Shown here: piece after piece, positions 46,280-56,524 of the stretch
How positions within the stretch are numbered: the first letter of the stretch is position 1
How the letters are laid out: every line of letters starts with the position of its first letter
Origin: Bacillus subtilis subsp. subtilis str. 168
GTDB taxonomy: Bacteria; Bacillota; Bacilli; Bacillales; Bacillaceae
Assembly: GCF_000009045.1 (NCBI RefSeq)
Contig: NC_000964.3
Span: 3,162,001 to 3,226,000 of the forward strand
Length of the DNA: 64,000 nucleotides
Direction of reading: 5' to 3'
Notes under the pieces: model-generated
What the model saw: only the letters and a program-made list of their open reading frames with translations
Told to the model about the DNA's origin: nothing
Database searches by the model: none
Translations under genes and position numbers: made by a program

Positions 46280-48268
46280 TTATTTGTCTACTTTAAATTG
46301 TTTTGTCAGATCACGGAGTTCTTCAGACATTCTTTCAAGCGTCAGTGCAGATGAACTAATCTCCTCCATGGATGCCAGCTGTTCCTCAGCTGAAGCGGCG
46401 ATATCTTGGATGCCATCCGAGCTTTCCTTAGAAATGGCAGTGATATCATTTGAAGCTGCGGAAATTTCTTGAGCTCCCGCTGACAGCTCCTCAACCGTCG
46501 CATTCATGTTTTGCAGCTCGGAAGCAATTTGATTGGTCATTTGCGATATATGTTTGAAGCTCTGTTTAGTTTCATCCGTCATGACAAGCCCTGTTTCAAC
46601 TTCTTTGTTTACGGACTGAAGCACGTTCAGTGATGTGTGAATTTCTTTTACTATTTCACTGATCAGCGATTCAATTTCTTTTGCTGAGTCAGCCGACTGT
46701 ACCGCGAGCTTTCTCACTTCCTCAGCGACGACTGAGAAGCCCCGGCCGTATTCACCCGCTCTGGCAGCTTCAATGGCGGCATTTAAAGCCAAAAGATTGG
46801 TTTGATCCGCAATGCCGTTGATGACACGCAAAATATTCGTGATATCCTTTGATTTGATCTCCAGCCCTTTCACCACTTGTTCCGCTGCTTTTACGGAATG
46901 GTCAATTGTGTTCATTTGGCCGGCTGTTTTCTGGACGAGTGTCTCCCCTTTGCTTGACACTTCGGTTGAATCTGCGGATGTTTCTGTAATCACTGCTGCA
47001 GCCCGCGCCAGCTCTGCCAATCCGTCATTCATTTCATTAATTTGTTCGGTTGTCGTTTCTATTTTCTCGCTTTGGCTTTCACTGCCGTTTGAAAATTGCT
47101 CGATAGCCATCGTAATGTGCTCAGTGGCTCTGCTTGTCTGGTCTGCCGATGCAGTCAGCTCTTCAGACGAGGAGGCAACGTGTTCTACTGAGTCTTTGAT
47201 CCCGTGAATGAGCGAGCGAAGCGAGTGTGCCATATGATTGAAGCTCTCACTCAGAACGCCGAGTTCATCTTTTGAATTGATTTCAATCGTTTCGGTTAGA
47301 TCGCCTTCACTAATTTTTTCAGCGGATGCGACAATGCGTCTCAATGGCTTTGTGATGGATCGAATCACAAAATAAATCGCCGTCATTCCAGCTCCGATGG
47401 CAATCGCCAGAACGATTGAAGCCATGATCAGAACCCTGCTTGCAGCATCGTGAATCTCGTTTGCATACATCGTGCCGCTGATTTTCCAGCCTGTTGTTTG
47501 GCTTGTTGCAAATGCCATTTTTTTCTTTTTGCCTTTGTACGTATATTCAAAGTCCCCGCTTTTATCCTTGTAGAGCTTATCAACCCAGTCCCCTTTTAGC
47601 TCTGTTCCCGCTTTTTCTCCGGAGTAGGCGATGACTTTCTTGTTTTGGCTCAAAATAAAAGCATAGCCTTCTTTTCCGATATTGATTCCTTTCGCGGTAG
47701 TGACTAAGTCATCAATTTTCATATCAATGGCGACAACGCCTGACCCATCCACCGTTTGACGGGCGATGGTGACGACCATTTTTCCTGATGAAATCGATTC
47801 ATAAGGCTCAGTGACAATTGTTTTGCCTTTATTGGCCATTGCTTCTTTGTACCAATCTCGTTCCAAAGCATTAAAGTCGCTTGGCATGTCAGCGTACGGA
47901 TAACGTGTGAAGTCCCCGTCTTTGCCGCTTGAAAATACCGCAGCGACATTATCATTCATTTGGATAAATTGTTTAAATTCCTGTTTCAGCTCTGTTTTCT
48001 TTTTATCCTGAAATTTTTCTGCTGTAGCCCAATCGCTGAAATATGCGAGGCTTTTTTCAGTAGTGCTGATTTTATCATCAATGATGTGATCTAATATCTG
48101 AACATTTTCCTTTGCGCTTTGCGTCATCTGTACATCAAGTGAGGCAACTGCTGATTGATAAGCGCTAACCGAAAGGGCGGTTATCGGAACAATTAAGATC
48201 AGCAGGAAAGAAATAATAAGTCTCCTTGCAATTGATGATCTGCGAATAGTGGTGAGTGTTTTTTTCAT
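46280..48268 (-). CDS. tlpA: Methyl-accepting chemotaxis protein TlpA
   Basis: Same architecture; 662 aa. Confidence 0.92.
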   Translation of the reverse strand: MKKTLTTIRRSSIARRLIISFLLILIVPITALSVSAYQSAVASLDVQMTQSAKENVQILDHIIDDKISTTEKSLAYFSDWATAEKFQDKKKTELKQEFKQFIQMNDNVAAVFSSGKDGDFTRYPYADMPSDFNALERDWYKEAMANKGKTIVTEPYESISSGKMVVTIARQTVDGSGVVAIDMKIDDLVTTAKGINIGKEGYAFILSQNKKVIAYSGEKAGTELKGDWVDKLYKDKSGDFEYTYKGKKKKMAFATSQTTGWKISGTMYANEIHDAASRVLIMASIVLAIAIGAGMTAIYFVIRSITKPLRRIVASAEKISEGDLTETIEINSKDELGVLSESFNHMAHSLRSLIHGIKDSVEHVASSSEELTASADQTSRATEHITMAIEQFSNGSESQSEKIETTTEQINEMNDGLAELARAAAVITETSADSTEVSSKGETLVQKTAGQMNTIDHSVKAAEQVVKGLEIKSKDITNILRVINGIADQTNLLALNAAIEAARAGEYGRGFSVVAEEVRKLAVQSADSAKEIESLISEIVKEIHTSLNVLQSVNKEVETGLVMTDETKQSFKHISQMTNQIASELQNMNATVEELSAGAQEISAASNDITAISKESSDGIQDIAASAEEQLASMEEISSSALTLERMSEELRDLTKQFKVDK

Positions 48269-48303
48269 TTCCTTTTGAACCTTCTTTCAATAATTTACAA
48301 ATT

Positions 48304-48311
48304 ATATCGGC
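48304..48311 (-). promoter_or_regulatory. sigmaD -10 of tlpA
   Basis: Exact GCCGATAT; -35 not at canonical spacing. Confidence 0.6.
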
Positions 48312-48407
48312 GGATCTTCCTTTAAATTACATTGAAAATGGAGGAAAAAATGAAAAATAGTTCTAAATTCACCTGTTAAACTAGGACTTTATTATTGTTT
48401 ACCATAT

Positions 48408-48438
48408 AAAAAAACAGCGCTTTGATAGCGCTGTTTTT
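48408..48438 (-). terminator. mcpB terminator
   Basis: A7-CAGCGCT-ttgat-AGCGCTG-T5. Confidence 0.85.
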
Positions 48439-48444
48439 CGGTTT

Positions 48445-50433
48445 TTACTCGATTTTAAATTGTTTCGTCAGATCGCGAAGCTCTTCTGCCATCTGCGCAA
48501 GAGTCGTCGCTGAGGAACTGATTTCTTCCATGGAAGCAAGCTGTTCTTCAGCTGATGCGGCAATGTCCTGGATGCTTGCCGAGCTTTCTTTCGACACGTC
48601 TGCAATGCCGCTGACTGCTGCTGAAACATGCTGTGAACGGTCTGACAGCTGCTCGACGGTGGAATTCATCGTCTGCAGCTTGCCCGCGATTTCGTTTGTC
48701 ATGCTGAAAATGCTCTGGAAGCTTTCTTTTGTATTGTCTGTGACAACAAGTCCGGACTGTACTTCCTGATTGACCTCTTTAAACATGTGAAGAGAGGTGT
48801 CGATTTCTGCGACGATTTCTTGGATCAGCTTTTCGATTTCTTTCGCTGAATCGGCTGATTGGACAGCCAGCTTGCGCACCTCCTCCGCTACGACAGAGAA
48901 GCCGCGTCCTGACTCTCCGGCACGCGCCGCTTCAATGGCTGCATTTAGTGCAAGCAGATTTGTTTGGTCAGCGATTCCGTTGATGACTCTCAAAATGCTT
49001 GTGATGTCTTTTGATTTTCCTTCTAAGCCTTTGACAACAGCTTCAGCCTGCTGAACAGATTGATTAATCGAGTTCATTTGTCCGACTGTCTGCTGCACAA
49101 ACTTCTCACCCGTTCCGGCGATTTCCGTTGATTGGATAGATGCCTTTGTAATATCTGACGATGTTTGTGAGACTTGCTGGAGTCCTTCATTCATTAAGTT
49201 CAGCTGATGAGAGCTGGATTCAACCTTTTCGCTTTGCTCCTCGTTTCCGTTTGAGAACTGCTCAATCGCCATCGTAATATGCTCGGTGGCTTTACTCGTC
49301 TGCCCGGCAGATGCGGTAAGCTGTTCGGAAGATGCGGCCACATTGTTCACCGAGTCCTGAATAGCGCTGATCAGAGAGCGGAGAGATTGTCCCATTTCAT
49401 TGAAGCTTTCCCCAAGCTCTCCAAGCTCATCCTTTGAATGGATTTCGATCGTTTCGGTCAGATCCCCCCTGCTGATCGTTTTCGATGATTGAACAAGACG
49501 TTTTAACGGTTTTGTAATCGAACGAACGATAAACAGAATTAAAATTCCGCCTGCCACAATGGAAGCAATCAGCACAATCATTCCTGTTGTCAGCACAGAC
49601 TTTGAGGCATCCTTAATTTCATCCATATACATTGTGCCGGCTATTTTCCAACCAGTCAGTTCGTTTGTAGTATAGGTCATCTTTTTATCTTCGTTATTAA
49701 GAGTATACTGGAGTTCACCGCTGTCATTCGCATACATTTTGGCTACCCAGTCGCCTGAAAGCTTTTCTCCAGCCTTATGGTTCTTGTGGGCGACATAGGT
49801 TTTGTTTTTTGTTGCAATGAAAGCATAACCTTCTTTTCCGACCTTGATTTGTTTCATTTGTTCTAACAATTTATCAATGGTAATATCCATGGCGACAACG
49901 CCAGATCCGTCCTTCAGCTCCTGTGCAATGGTAATGACCATGCTTCCGTCACTCGCAGCCACGTAAGGATCTGTCACGACAATTTCACCGCCGGCCTTCA
50001 TCGCATCCTGGTACCAAGGCCGTTGTCTCGGGTCGTATCCTTCCGGCAATTTTTCTTTTGGCGCTTGTACATAAGTGCCGTTATCTGCGCCCCCATAAAT
50101 TCTGGCTACTCCTTGATTAATAGATACATATTGTGAAAATTTAGCTTTGATCTCTTCTTGATTTGATTTCCCTTTGAATGCGGATCTTTTAAGAGATTCA
50201 CTGAAAAAGGTGACTGCTTTCGCTTTTTCTCCCAGATCATTTGTAACAGTTGTATTAAATGTATCGACACTGTTTTTCGCATTTCCCATAATTTCCTGAT
50301 CCAGCTTTCCGCTGGCGCTTCGGTAAGAGCTAAATTCTAATATAAGAATAGGGATAATGAGAATCGCAATAAATGAGACGATTAATTTCTTTGAAATAGA
50401 CGGTTTCTTCAGCCAATTGATAAAAGTCTTCAT
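48445..50433 (-). CDS. mcpB: Methyl-accepting chemotaxis protein McpB
   Basis: Same architecture; full amino-acid-binding dCache motif (YDPRQRPWY...PY...AMD). Confidence 0.92.
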   Translation of the reverse strand: MKTFINWLKKPSISKKLIVSFIAILIIPILILEFSSYRSASGKLDQEIMGNAKNSVDTFNTTVTNDLGEKAKAVTFFSESLKRSAFKGKSNQEEIKAKFSQYVSINQGVARIYGGADNGTYVQAPKEKLPEGYDPRQRPWYQDAMKAGGEIVVTDPYVAASDGSMVITIAQELKDGSGVVAMDITIDKLLEQMKQIKVGKEGYAFIATKNKTYVAHKNHKAGEKLSGDWVAKMYANDSGELQYTLNNEDKKMTYTTNELTGWKIAGTMYMDEIKDASKSVLTTGMIVLIASIVAGGILILFIVRSITKPLKRLVQSSKTISRGDLTETIEIHSKDELGELGESFNEMGQSLRSLISAIQDSVNNVAASSEQLTASAGQTSKATEHITMAIEQFSNGNEEQSEKVESSSHQLNLMNEGLQQVSQTSSDITKASIQSTEIAGTGEKFVQQTVGQMNSINQSVQQAEAVVKGLEGKSKDITSILRVINGIADQTNLLALNAAIEAARAGESGRGFSVVAEEVRKLAVQSADSAKEIEKLIQEIVAEIDTSLHMFKEVNQEVQSGLVVTDNTKESFQSIFSMTNEIAGKLQTMNSTVEQLSDRSQHVSAAVSGIADVSKESSASIQDIAASAEEQLASMEEISSSATTLAQMAEELRDLTKQFKIE

Positions 50434-50464
50434 GTCACTTGCTCCTTCAGGTTTGATACAGTAT

Positions 50465-50472
50465 ATATCGGC
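50465..50472 (-). promoter_or_regulatory. sigmaD -10 of mcpB
   Basis: Exact GCCGATAT with an A/T-rich -35 region. Confidence 0.75.
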
Positions 50473-50559
50473 TGCTTAAAAAAGTTTTAAAATAAAAAAT
50501 GGAAGAAGTTCTTTTTGGCTGTCTTCTGCCTTTTTAACTTTCATTGCCCAAGCTCTTTG

Positions 50560-50568
50560 CATATCTTA
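50560..50568 (+). promoter_or_regulatory. Possible sigmaK -10 for tgl
   Basis: CATA-tct-TA 22 nt before the start; -35 weak. Confidence 0.45.
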
Positions 50569-50590
50569 TAAAAAACAAGGGGGGCTAAAC

Positions 50591-51328
50591 ATGATTATTG
50601 TATCAGGACAATTGCTCCGTCCCCAGGATATTGAAAATTGGCAGATTGATCAAGATCTGAATCCGCTCTTAAAAGAGATGATTGAGACGCCTGTTCAGTT
50701 TGATTATCATTCAATTGCTGAACTGATGTTTGAGCTTAAACTGCGGATGAATATTGTAGCAGCGGCAAAGACGCTGCACAAAAGCGGGGCGAAGTTTGCC
50801 ACTTTTTTAAAAACATACGGGAATACAACGTATTGGAGGGTTTCACCGGAGGGCGCCTTGGAGCTGAAATACAGAATGCCGCCTTCAAAAGCGATTCGGG
50901 ACATTGCAGAGAACGGCCCGTTTTATGCGTTTGAATGCGCAACCGCAATCGTTATCATTTATTACTTGGCCTTAATCGATACAATCGGAGAAGATAAATT
51001 CAATGCCAGCTTTGACAGAATTATTTTATATGACTGGCATTATGAGAAATTGCCGATATATACGGAAACAGGACACCACTTTTTCCTTGGAGATTGTTTG
51101 TATTTTAAGAATCCTGAATTTGATCCGCAAAAGGCGCAATGGAGAGGCGAAAATGTGATACTACTGGGGGAAGATAAATATTTTGCCCATGGTCTTGGAA
51201 TCTTAAACGGAAAGCAAATTATTGATAAGCTGAATTCTTTTAGGAAAAAAGGAGCCTTACAGTCAGCCTACCTTCTGTCTCAGGCGACCAGACTGGATGT
51301 TCCGTCTCTTTTCCGCATCGTCCGCTAA
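50591..51328 (+). CDS. tgl: Spore coat protein-glutamine gamma-glutamyltransferase
   Basis: YAFECATA catalytic Cys; WRGEN; YFAHG; SD AAGGGGGG. Confidence 0.93.
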   Translation: MIIVSGQLLRPQDIENWQIDQDLNPLLKEMIETPVQFDYHSIAELMFELKLRMNIVAAAKTLHKSGAKFATFLKTYGNTTYWRVSPEGALELKYRMPPSKAIRDIAENGPFYAFECATAIVIIYYLALIDTIGEDKFNASFDRIILYDWHYEKLPIYTETGHHFFLGDCLYFKNPEFDPQKAQWRGENVILLGEDKYFAHGLGILNGKQIIDKLNSFRKKGALQSAYLLSQATRLDVPSLFRIVR

Positions 51329-51364
51329 AAAGCCCCATCGCCTATTTTCCGGACGATGGGGTTT
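51327..51364. terminator. Terminator between tgl and yuzH
   Basis: AAAAAGCCCCATCG...CGATGGGGTTT. Confidence 0.8.
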
Positions 51365-51596
51365 CAAATGCCTTTCGTTTTCGATAGAAGGGGGCTGTGC
51401 CAAAATATTGGTTCGCAGCCCACTCCATTTTTTCAAGGTCATTTCTTGTCACGATTGGATCCTGGCTGCTCCATTTGATAAAGCGGACAAAATAGTAGCC
51501 TTTGATAGGAACCATTGTAACTTTTGAGTGAGGCCAGCCTTCAAATACAAACTCAATTTTCCCTCTTTTTTTATAAGAATATTGAAGAATGTTCAT
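51342..51596 (-). CDS. yuzH: Small hypothetical protein
   Basis: 84 aa from ATG 51596 with SD GAGGTG. Confidence 0.65.
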
Positions 51597-51853
51597 ATCT
51601 GTCACCTCAGTTTATCAAGTTACGTTCGGCAAAGCTCGGTACGTTTACATCCATTGATTAACTATCCCTCATGCAGGCTTTCCGGAAAACAAAGGGTGAG
51701 GCGCGTGTCTCTTTCCCTCGCTTTTTATTTCGCATATGGACGAATGCCAAGCACGCCTTCATTCGATAAAGCCGCAGCGTGGGCGGGTGTGACAAGCCCT
51801 CCGGCTATCGGCGCTTGTTCAGCGATCATGCTTTTGTCATAAAAAACAGCCTA

Positions 51854-52252
51854 TTATCCCATCATTTTGATATAGCATGTCCGGGTGCGAGGCCCGTCAA
51901 ATTCGCAGAAATAAATGCCCTGCCACGTTCCAAGAATAAGCCGGCCGTTTTCCACAATGACATGCTGTGAAGCTCCGACCGTACTCGACTTCATGTGTGC
52001 AGCTGTATTGCCCTCCATATGGCGGTCCAGCTCATGTTCCCACGGATATACCTCATCAAACCTTCTGAGCATATCTTTTTTGACGTCCGGATCGGCATTT
52101 TCATTAATTGTAATGCCCGCAGTCGTATGCGGACAGTAAATCAGCGCTGCGCCGCTCGTTATACCTGTTTCTTGAAGAAACGCTTCCACCTCCCGGGTGA
52201 TATCTATCATTTCATCTCGTTTGGTTGTTTTGATTTGCAGTGTTTTCAGCAT
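51854..52252 (-). CDS. yugU: UPF0047/YjbQ family protein
   Basis: [37 protein letters not shown]; SD AAAGGAG. Confidence 0.9.
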   Translation of the reverse strand: MLKTLQIKTTKRDEMIDITREVEAFLQETGITSGAALIYCPHTTAGITINENADPDVKKDMLRRFDEVYPWEHELDRHMEGNTAAHMKSSTVGASQHVIVENGRLILGTWQGIYFCEFDGPRTRTCYIKMMG

Positions 52253-52308
52253 TTGTTTCTCCTTTCGTTTGTCCGCTCTCATCGCTTAATTCGTTCTGTG
52301 TTCTTTTT

Positions 52309-52334
52309 TTTCCTGTTAAACCGCTCTCATAAAC
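52309..52334 (-). promoter_or_regulatory. Possible sigmaB promoter of yugU
   Basis: GTTT-N16-AGGAAA, between the yugT terminator and yugU. Confidence 0.5.
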
Positions 52335-52344
52335 CCGATAAAAC

Positions 52345-52373
52345 AAAAAAACTCCAGTCTAAGGCTGGAGTTT
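52345..52373 (-). terminator. yugT terminator
   Basis: AAACTCCAG...CTGGAGTTT with a minus-strand U-tract. Confidence 0.8.
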
Positions 52374-54036
52374 AGCACCATAGATATATTCTTGCTTCAT
52401 ACGGCTTTAAGAGTACTGATGTCATATGCTTGTGCGGCTCTGTTTCAATATTTGACAAGACGAGTGCATCTGATGACAATGGCAATCCAGAGTGCCTGAA
52501 CAACGCCGGTGTTCCTGTCAGATTGGCCGCAATCAGTGCAGTATGGCTCTCGTTTTTCCGAAGATATGCAAAGATTTGCTGATCTTCCGGTAAAATGAGC
52601 TCGTATGTCCCGTTAATAAAAACATCATATGTTTGGCGCAGCTTGATCAAGCTTTTGTAAAAATGGTAAACGGATGTTTTATCGTTTTTTTGCGCCTCGG
52701 CATTCAGCCATTTGTAATTCTCATTGATTCCGATCCACGGTTTGGCCTCAGAAAATCCGGCGTATGGACCAGCATTCCATTGCATCGGCGTTCGCGAATT
52801 GTCTCTTCCCTTTTTCCAGACAATCTTCATCACATCCTCGTGTGATGTGCCTTTCGCTGTTTTTGTTTCATACAGGCGTTTCAATGCGACATCATCATAG
52901 TCCTCAATAGATGGAAAAGCCACGTTCGTCATCCCGAGTTCCTGTCCCTGATAAATAAACGGTGTGCCTTTCATGAGAAAATAAACAGCGGAAAGCGCTT
53001 TTGCACTTTCTTTCAGGTACACTCCGTCGTCTCCCCACACAGAAACTGAACGGGGCTGGTCGTGATTCTCCATAAACAAAGCATTCCAGCCGATCCCTTC
53101 CAGACTGTCCTGCCAGTCAGTTAAAATTCGTTTAAATGCAACGATATCAATACTTTCATTGATCTCTACATCCCACAGGCCGAGATGCTCAAATTGAAAA
53201 ATCATGCTGAATATGCCGTTTTTTTCTCCAGCCCAATCAGCTGCTTCTTTTGCAGCGACGCCGTTTGCTTCACCAACTGTCATAATCGGATAGCGGGAAA
53301 ATGTGTTTTCCTTCAGCTCTGTTAACAAATCCATAATGCCGTCAGCATTCATATGATAAGGAAAGGAAGGGACATAGTCCAGTCCCTTTGGATTCGGCAT
53401 GTCAGGAAACCCTTCTTTTTTCTTAATATGCGTAATGGCATCCACCCGAAATCCGTCAATTCCTTTATCAAGCCACCAATTGATCATGTCATAAACGGCA
53501 TTCCTCACCTTTTCATTTTCCCAATTCAAATCAGGCTGTTTTTTATCAAAAAGGTGCAGATAATACTGGCTTGTCTTTTGATCATACTCCCAAGCCGGCC
53601 CGCCGAAAATGCTTTCCCAATTGTTGGGCGTTTTTCCGTTTTTGCCGTCTTTCCAAATATACCAGTCGCGCTTTTCCGAGTGTATGGATGAACGGGATTC
53701 TATGAACCATGGATGTTCGTCGCTTGTGTGGTTCACAACGAGATCCATAATCAGCTTCATATCCAGATCATGAATGTCACCAAGCAGCTCATCAAAATCT
53801 TCCATCGTGCCAAACTCGCTTAATATGTTTTGATAATCCCTGATATCATAGCCATTATCGGCATTCGGTGAATCATACAGCGGGCAAATCCATATGACGT
53901 CAGCGCCCAGCTCTTTTATGTAAGAAAGCTTGGTTCTGATTCCTTGAATATCCCCGATTCCGTCGCCATTTGAATCTTTAAAACTGCGGGGGTAAATTTG
54001 GTAAACTACGGCTTCCTTCCACCAAGCCTTTTTCAT
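52372..54036 (-). CDS. yugT: GH13 oligo-1,6-glucosidase-like enzyme
   Basis: YQIYPRSF, DGFRVDAI, VGEANG, ENHDQPR. Confidence 0.92.
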   Translation of the reverse strand: MKKAWWKEAVVYQIYPRSFKDSNGDGIGDIQGIRTKLSYIKELGADVIWICPLYDSPNADNGYDIRDYQNILSEFGTMEDFDELLGDIHDLDMKLIMDLVVNHTSDEHPWFIESRSSIHSEKRDWYIWKDGKNGKTPNNWESIFGGPAWEYDQKTSQYYLHLFDKKQPDLNWENEKVRNAVYDMINWWLDKGIDGFRVDAITHIKKKEGFPDMPNPKGLDYVPSFPYHMNADGIMDLLTELKENTFSRYPIMTVGEANGVAAKEAADWAGEKNGIFSMIFQFEHLGLWDVEINESIDIVAFKRILTDWQDSLEGIGWNALFMENHDQPRSVSVWGDDGVYLKESAKALSAVYFLMKGTPFIYQGQELGMTNVAFPSIEDYDDVALKRLYETKTAKGTSHEDVMKIVWKKGRDNSRTPMQWNAGPYAGFSEAKPWIGINENYKWLNAEAQKNDKTSVYHFYKSLIKLRQTYDVFINGTYELILPEDQQIFAYLRKNESHTALIAANLTGTPALFRHSGLPLSSDALVLSNIETEPHKHMTSVLLKPYEARIYLWC

Positions 54037-54128
54037 ACAGCCACTCCTTCCCAGTGTACCGTTCTTATATATCCTATGTAGAAAAAGGTCTTTACAGCAT
54101 TGCTTTTTAAGAAATGACTTGATGACAC

Positions 54129-54161
54129 AAAAAACAGCCGTTTGTTCCCCGGCTGTTTTTT
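54129..54161 (-). terminator. yugS terminator
   Basis: A6-CAGCCG...CGGCTG-T6. Confidence 0.8.
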
Positions 54162-54162
54162 A

Positions 54163-55452
54163 TCAAAAATCAGTTTTTTTTATTTCTACAAAACGGATGT
54201 GGTGATCTTCGGCGTCGAGGATTTTAAATTCACAGCCCTCCGCGTGTATCACATCCCCTGCTTTCAGCTCCATTTTTTGCGTTAGAAGCCAGCCTGCAAT
54301 CGTATCAATTTCTTCATTTTCAATCGCAATGTCGAGAAGGTCATTCACTTCGTCTATTAGCGCTTTTCCATCCATCACATAATGGTGCTCGCCCTTTTTC
54401 AGGATGTGCGGTGTTTCATCCTGATCATACTCATCGCGGATTTCCCCGACGATTTCCTCGATAATATCCTCTACAGTGACAAGCCCCGCCGTTCCCCCGT
54501 ATTCATCGACAAGAATCGCCATGTGAATCCGCTCCTTCTGCATGCGGATTAAAAGCTGCTGAACAGGAATGCTTTCAATGACTCTGATAACGGGCCTCAT
54601 GATTTGATTCAGCTTTATCGGCTGGCCGAGAAAATAAGCTTTAAACATATCTTTGCTGTTGATGATCCCTAAAATATGATCCTTGTCATCTTTGATGACA
54701 GGGTAGCGTGTATACCGTTCATTAATGATGTGATGAATTGCCTCTTCAAGCGACTGCTCCAGAGAGATAACCGCAATTTCTGTCCGCGGAATCATAATCT
54801 CTCTCGCTACCCGGTTGTCAAATTCAAAAATCTTATTTACATAGCGGAATTCAGACTGATTGATTTCTCCCTTTTCATAGCTTTCAGAAAGGATCAGCCT
54901 TAGTTCCTCTTCGCTGATGACAACCTGATGCTCCTTTACCGAATGAAAGCCAAACAATTTCACAAGAAAACTTGCAGAGCCGTTTAATGCTTTAATAAAC
55001 GGGTACGTGATTTTATAAAACCAGATCAGCGGCTTTGCAATCCATAAGCTTACAGCTTCAGCTTTTTGAATAGAAACCGTTTTCGGGGCAAGCTCCCCCA
55101 TCACCACATGCAAAAAAGTGACGATGATAAATGCAACTACAAATGTGACAATGTGGTTAAACGGTTCCGGTATGCCTGTCATTGTAAATAAGGGATGAAG
55201 AAAACGTTCAAATGTAGGTTCACCAAGCCACCCAAGGCCGAGGGCTGTAATCGTAATCCCGAGCTGGCAGGCTGATAAATACTCGTCAAGATTGGAGATG
55301 ATTTTATGTGCGGCTAGTGCTCGGCTGTCACCGCTTTCGATGAGCTGATTGATTTTTGAACCTCTGATTTTGACGATCGCAAATTCCGCTGCAACGAAAA
55401 CAGCCGTAATGCCAATCAAAACAAAAATGGCGATCAATTGTAAAATAAGCAA
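54163..55452 (-). CDS. yugS: CNNM/DUF21-CBS-CorC membrane protein (hemolysin-like family, putative Mg2+/cation exporter)
   Basis: FVAAEFA, QLGIT, GELAPK, two CBS domains, VDEYGGTAG.VT.ED; TTG start. Confidence 0.88.
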   Translation of the reverse strand: MLILQLIAIFVLIGITAVFVAAEFAIVKIRGSKINQLIESGDSRALAAHKIISNLDEYLSACQLGITITALGLGWLGEPTFERFLHPLFTMTGIPEPFNHIVTFVVAFIIVTFLHVVMGELAPKTVSIQKAEAVSLWIAKPLIWFYKITYPFIKALNGSASFLVKLFGFHSVKEHQVVISEEELRLILSESYEKGEINQSEFRYVNKIFEFDNRVAREIMIPRTEIAVISLEQSLEEAIHHIINERYTRYPVIKDDKDHILGIINSKDMFKAYFLGQPIKLNQIMRPVIRVIESIPVQQLLIRMQKERIHMAILVDEYGGTAGLVTVEDIIEEIVGEIRDEYDQDETPHILKKGEHHYVMDGKALIDEVNDLLDIAIENEEIDTIAGWLLTQKMELKAGDVIHAEGCEFKILDAEDHHIRFVEIKKTDF

Positions 55453-55482
55453 AAAAAGCCCTTACCATAAATGGTAAGGGGC
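55451..55482 (-). terminator. Terminator-like hairpin between yugP and yugS, lying between the yugS SD and start codon
   Basis: CCCTTACCA-TTTA-TGGTAAGGG-C-T7. Confidence 0.75.
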
Positions 55483-55495
55483 CACCTCCTTAACG

Positions 55496-56173
55496 TTAAT
55501 TCTCATCACGACCGTTTAAGAAAATCATCACAAAACGAAGTAGTTCAAACAGGGAAACCAGGGCGGCGGCCACATACGTTAAGGCAGCAGCACTCAGCAC
55601 TTTATTTACCCCATTTTCTTCATTGTTTCGGATGAATCCTTCTGACACAATAATCTGCTTCGCACGTGAACTTGCATTGAATTCGACAGGCAATGTAATC
55701 AGCTGGAAAAAGACAGCCGCTGAAAACAGTATGATGCCAAGCCCGATCAAATTCAGGCTGCCGAGAAGCATGCCTCCTAAGAAAAGCAAAGGAGCTACAC
55801 CGGATGCAAAATTCACGACTGGGAAGATTTTATGTCTCAGCACAAGCGCACCATATGACTCCTGATGCTGCAAGGCATGTCCGACTTCATGGGAAGCTAC
55901 GGATATGGCGGAAATTGAGCGGCCGTAATAGACCGGCTCAGATAAACGCACCACCCGTCTTGTCGGGTCGTAATGGTCTGTTAAAGTGCCTCTTACCGGT
56001 TCGACCGGCACGTCGTAAAGACCGTTTATATCTAAAATCCGTCTTGCCGTTTCTGCCCCTGTACGTCCGCTTGAGGCTTCCACTTTTGAATATTTTTCAA
56101 AGTTGCTCTTTACTTTAAATTGTGCCCAAAACGACAATCCCAATGCGGCTATTGTTAAAAATATAAACAGCAT
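55496..56173 (-). CDS. yugP: Putative membrane zinc metallopeptidase
   Basis: HEVGH; TDHYDP; LPVEFNAS.RA; LTYVAA. Confidence 0.88.
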   Translation of the reverse strand: MLFIFLTIAALGLSFWAQFKVKSNFEKYSKVEASSGRTGAETARRILDINGLYDVPVEPVRGTLTDHYDPTRRVVRLSEPVYYGRSISAISVASHEVGHALQHQESYGALVLRHKIFPVVNFASGVAPLLFLGGMLLGSLNLIGLGIILFSAAVFFQLITLPVEFNASSRAKQIIVSEGFIRNNEENGVNKVLSAAALTYVAAALVSLFELLRFVMIFLNGRDEN

Positions 56174-56214
56174 TTTTTCATCATCCTTTGTTCATGATCA
56201 TTTCTCTATTACGA

Positions 56215-56487
56215 TTATTTTAATGAGTTTTCTTTCTCGTGTACAGAAATGCGCTTTTTCTTCCGGCTTGGAGCACACAATCCAATCAGCAAAAAGAACA
56301 GGCCTGCTGAAAACAAATAAAAGGCGAAACTGCCGGCCAGTTCTTTCAGAAAATGAAGCCAGGAGAAGCTTCCGGAAAAGTGATTATATGAATTCAAATC
56401 GAAAATAAACAAAATCACCGCGGATGCCGCCAGCTGCGTACCGATTAAAACCACGATCGTTCTTTGAAAGATCGTCATCTTTTTCAT
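56215..56487 (-). CDS. yuzI: Small two-TM membrane protein
   Basis: 90 aa, two hydrophobic segments, basic tail. Confidence 0.65.
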   Translation of the reverse strand: MKKMTIFQRTIVVLIGTQLAASAVILFIFDLNSYNHFSGSFSWLHFLKELAGSFAFYLFSAGLFFLLIGLCAPSRKKKRISVHEKENSLK

Positions 56488-56524
56488 CCTTTTTGTTTTA
56501 GTTTATGGAGAAATCCGGTTTTAT

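Noticed and set aside
42067-50433. Recent gene conversion among the four mcp genes
   Set aside because: The protein-identical signalling tip uses different synonymous codons in each gene, indicating purifying selection rather than recent DNA homogenisation.
51528-51842. 104-aa plus-strand ORF
   Set aside because: Its 5' part is antisense to yuzH and has no SD; only the GTG-51705 sub-ORF is kept, as a weak candidate.
52273-52330. 10-bp direct repeat CCGCTCTCAT (52273-82 and 52321-30) upstream of yugU
   Set aside because: Only two copies at 48-bp spacing, with no other support for function.
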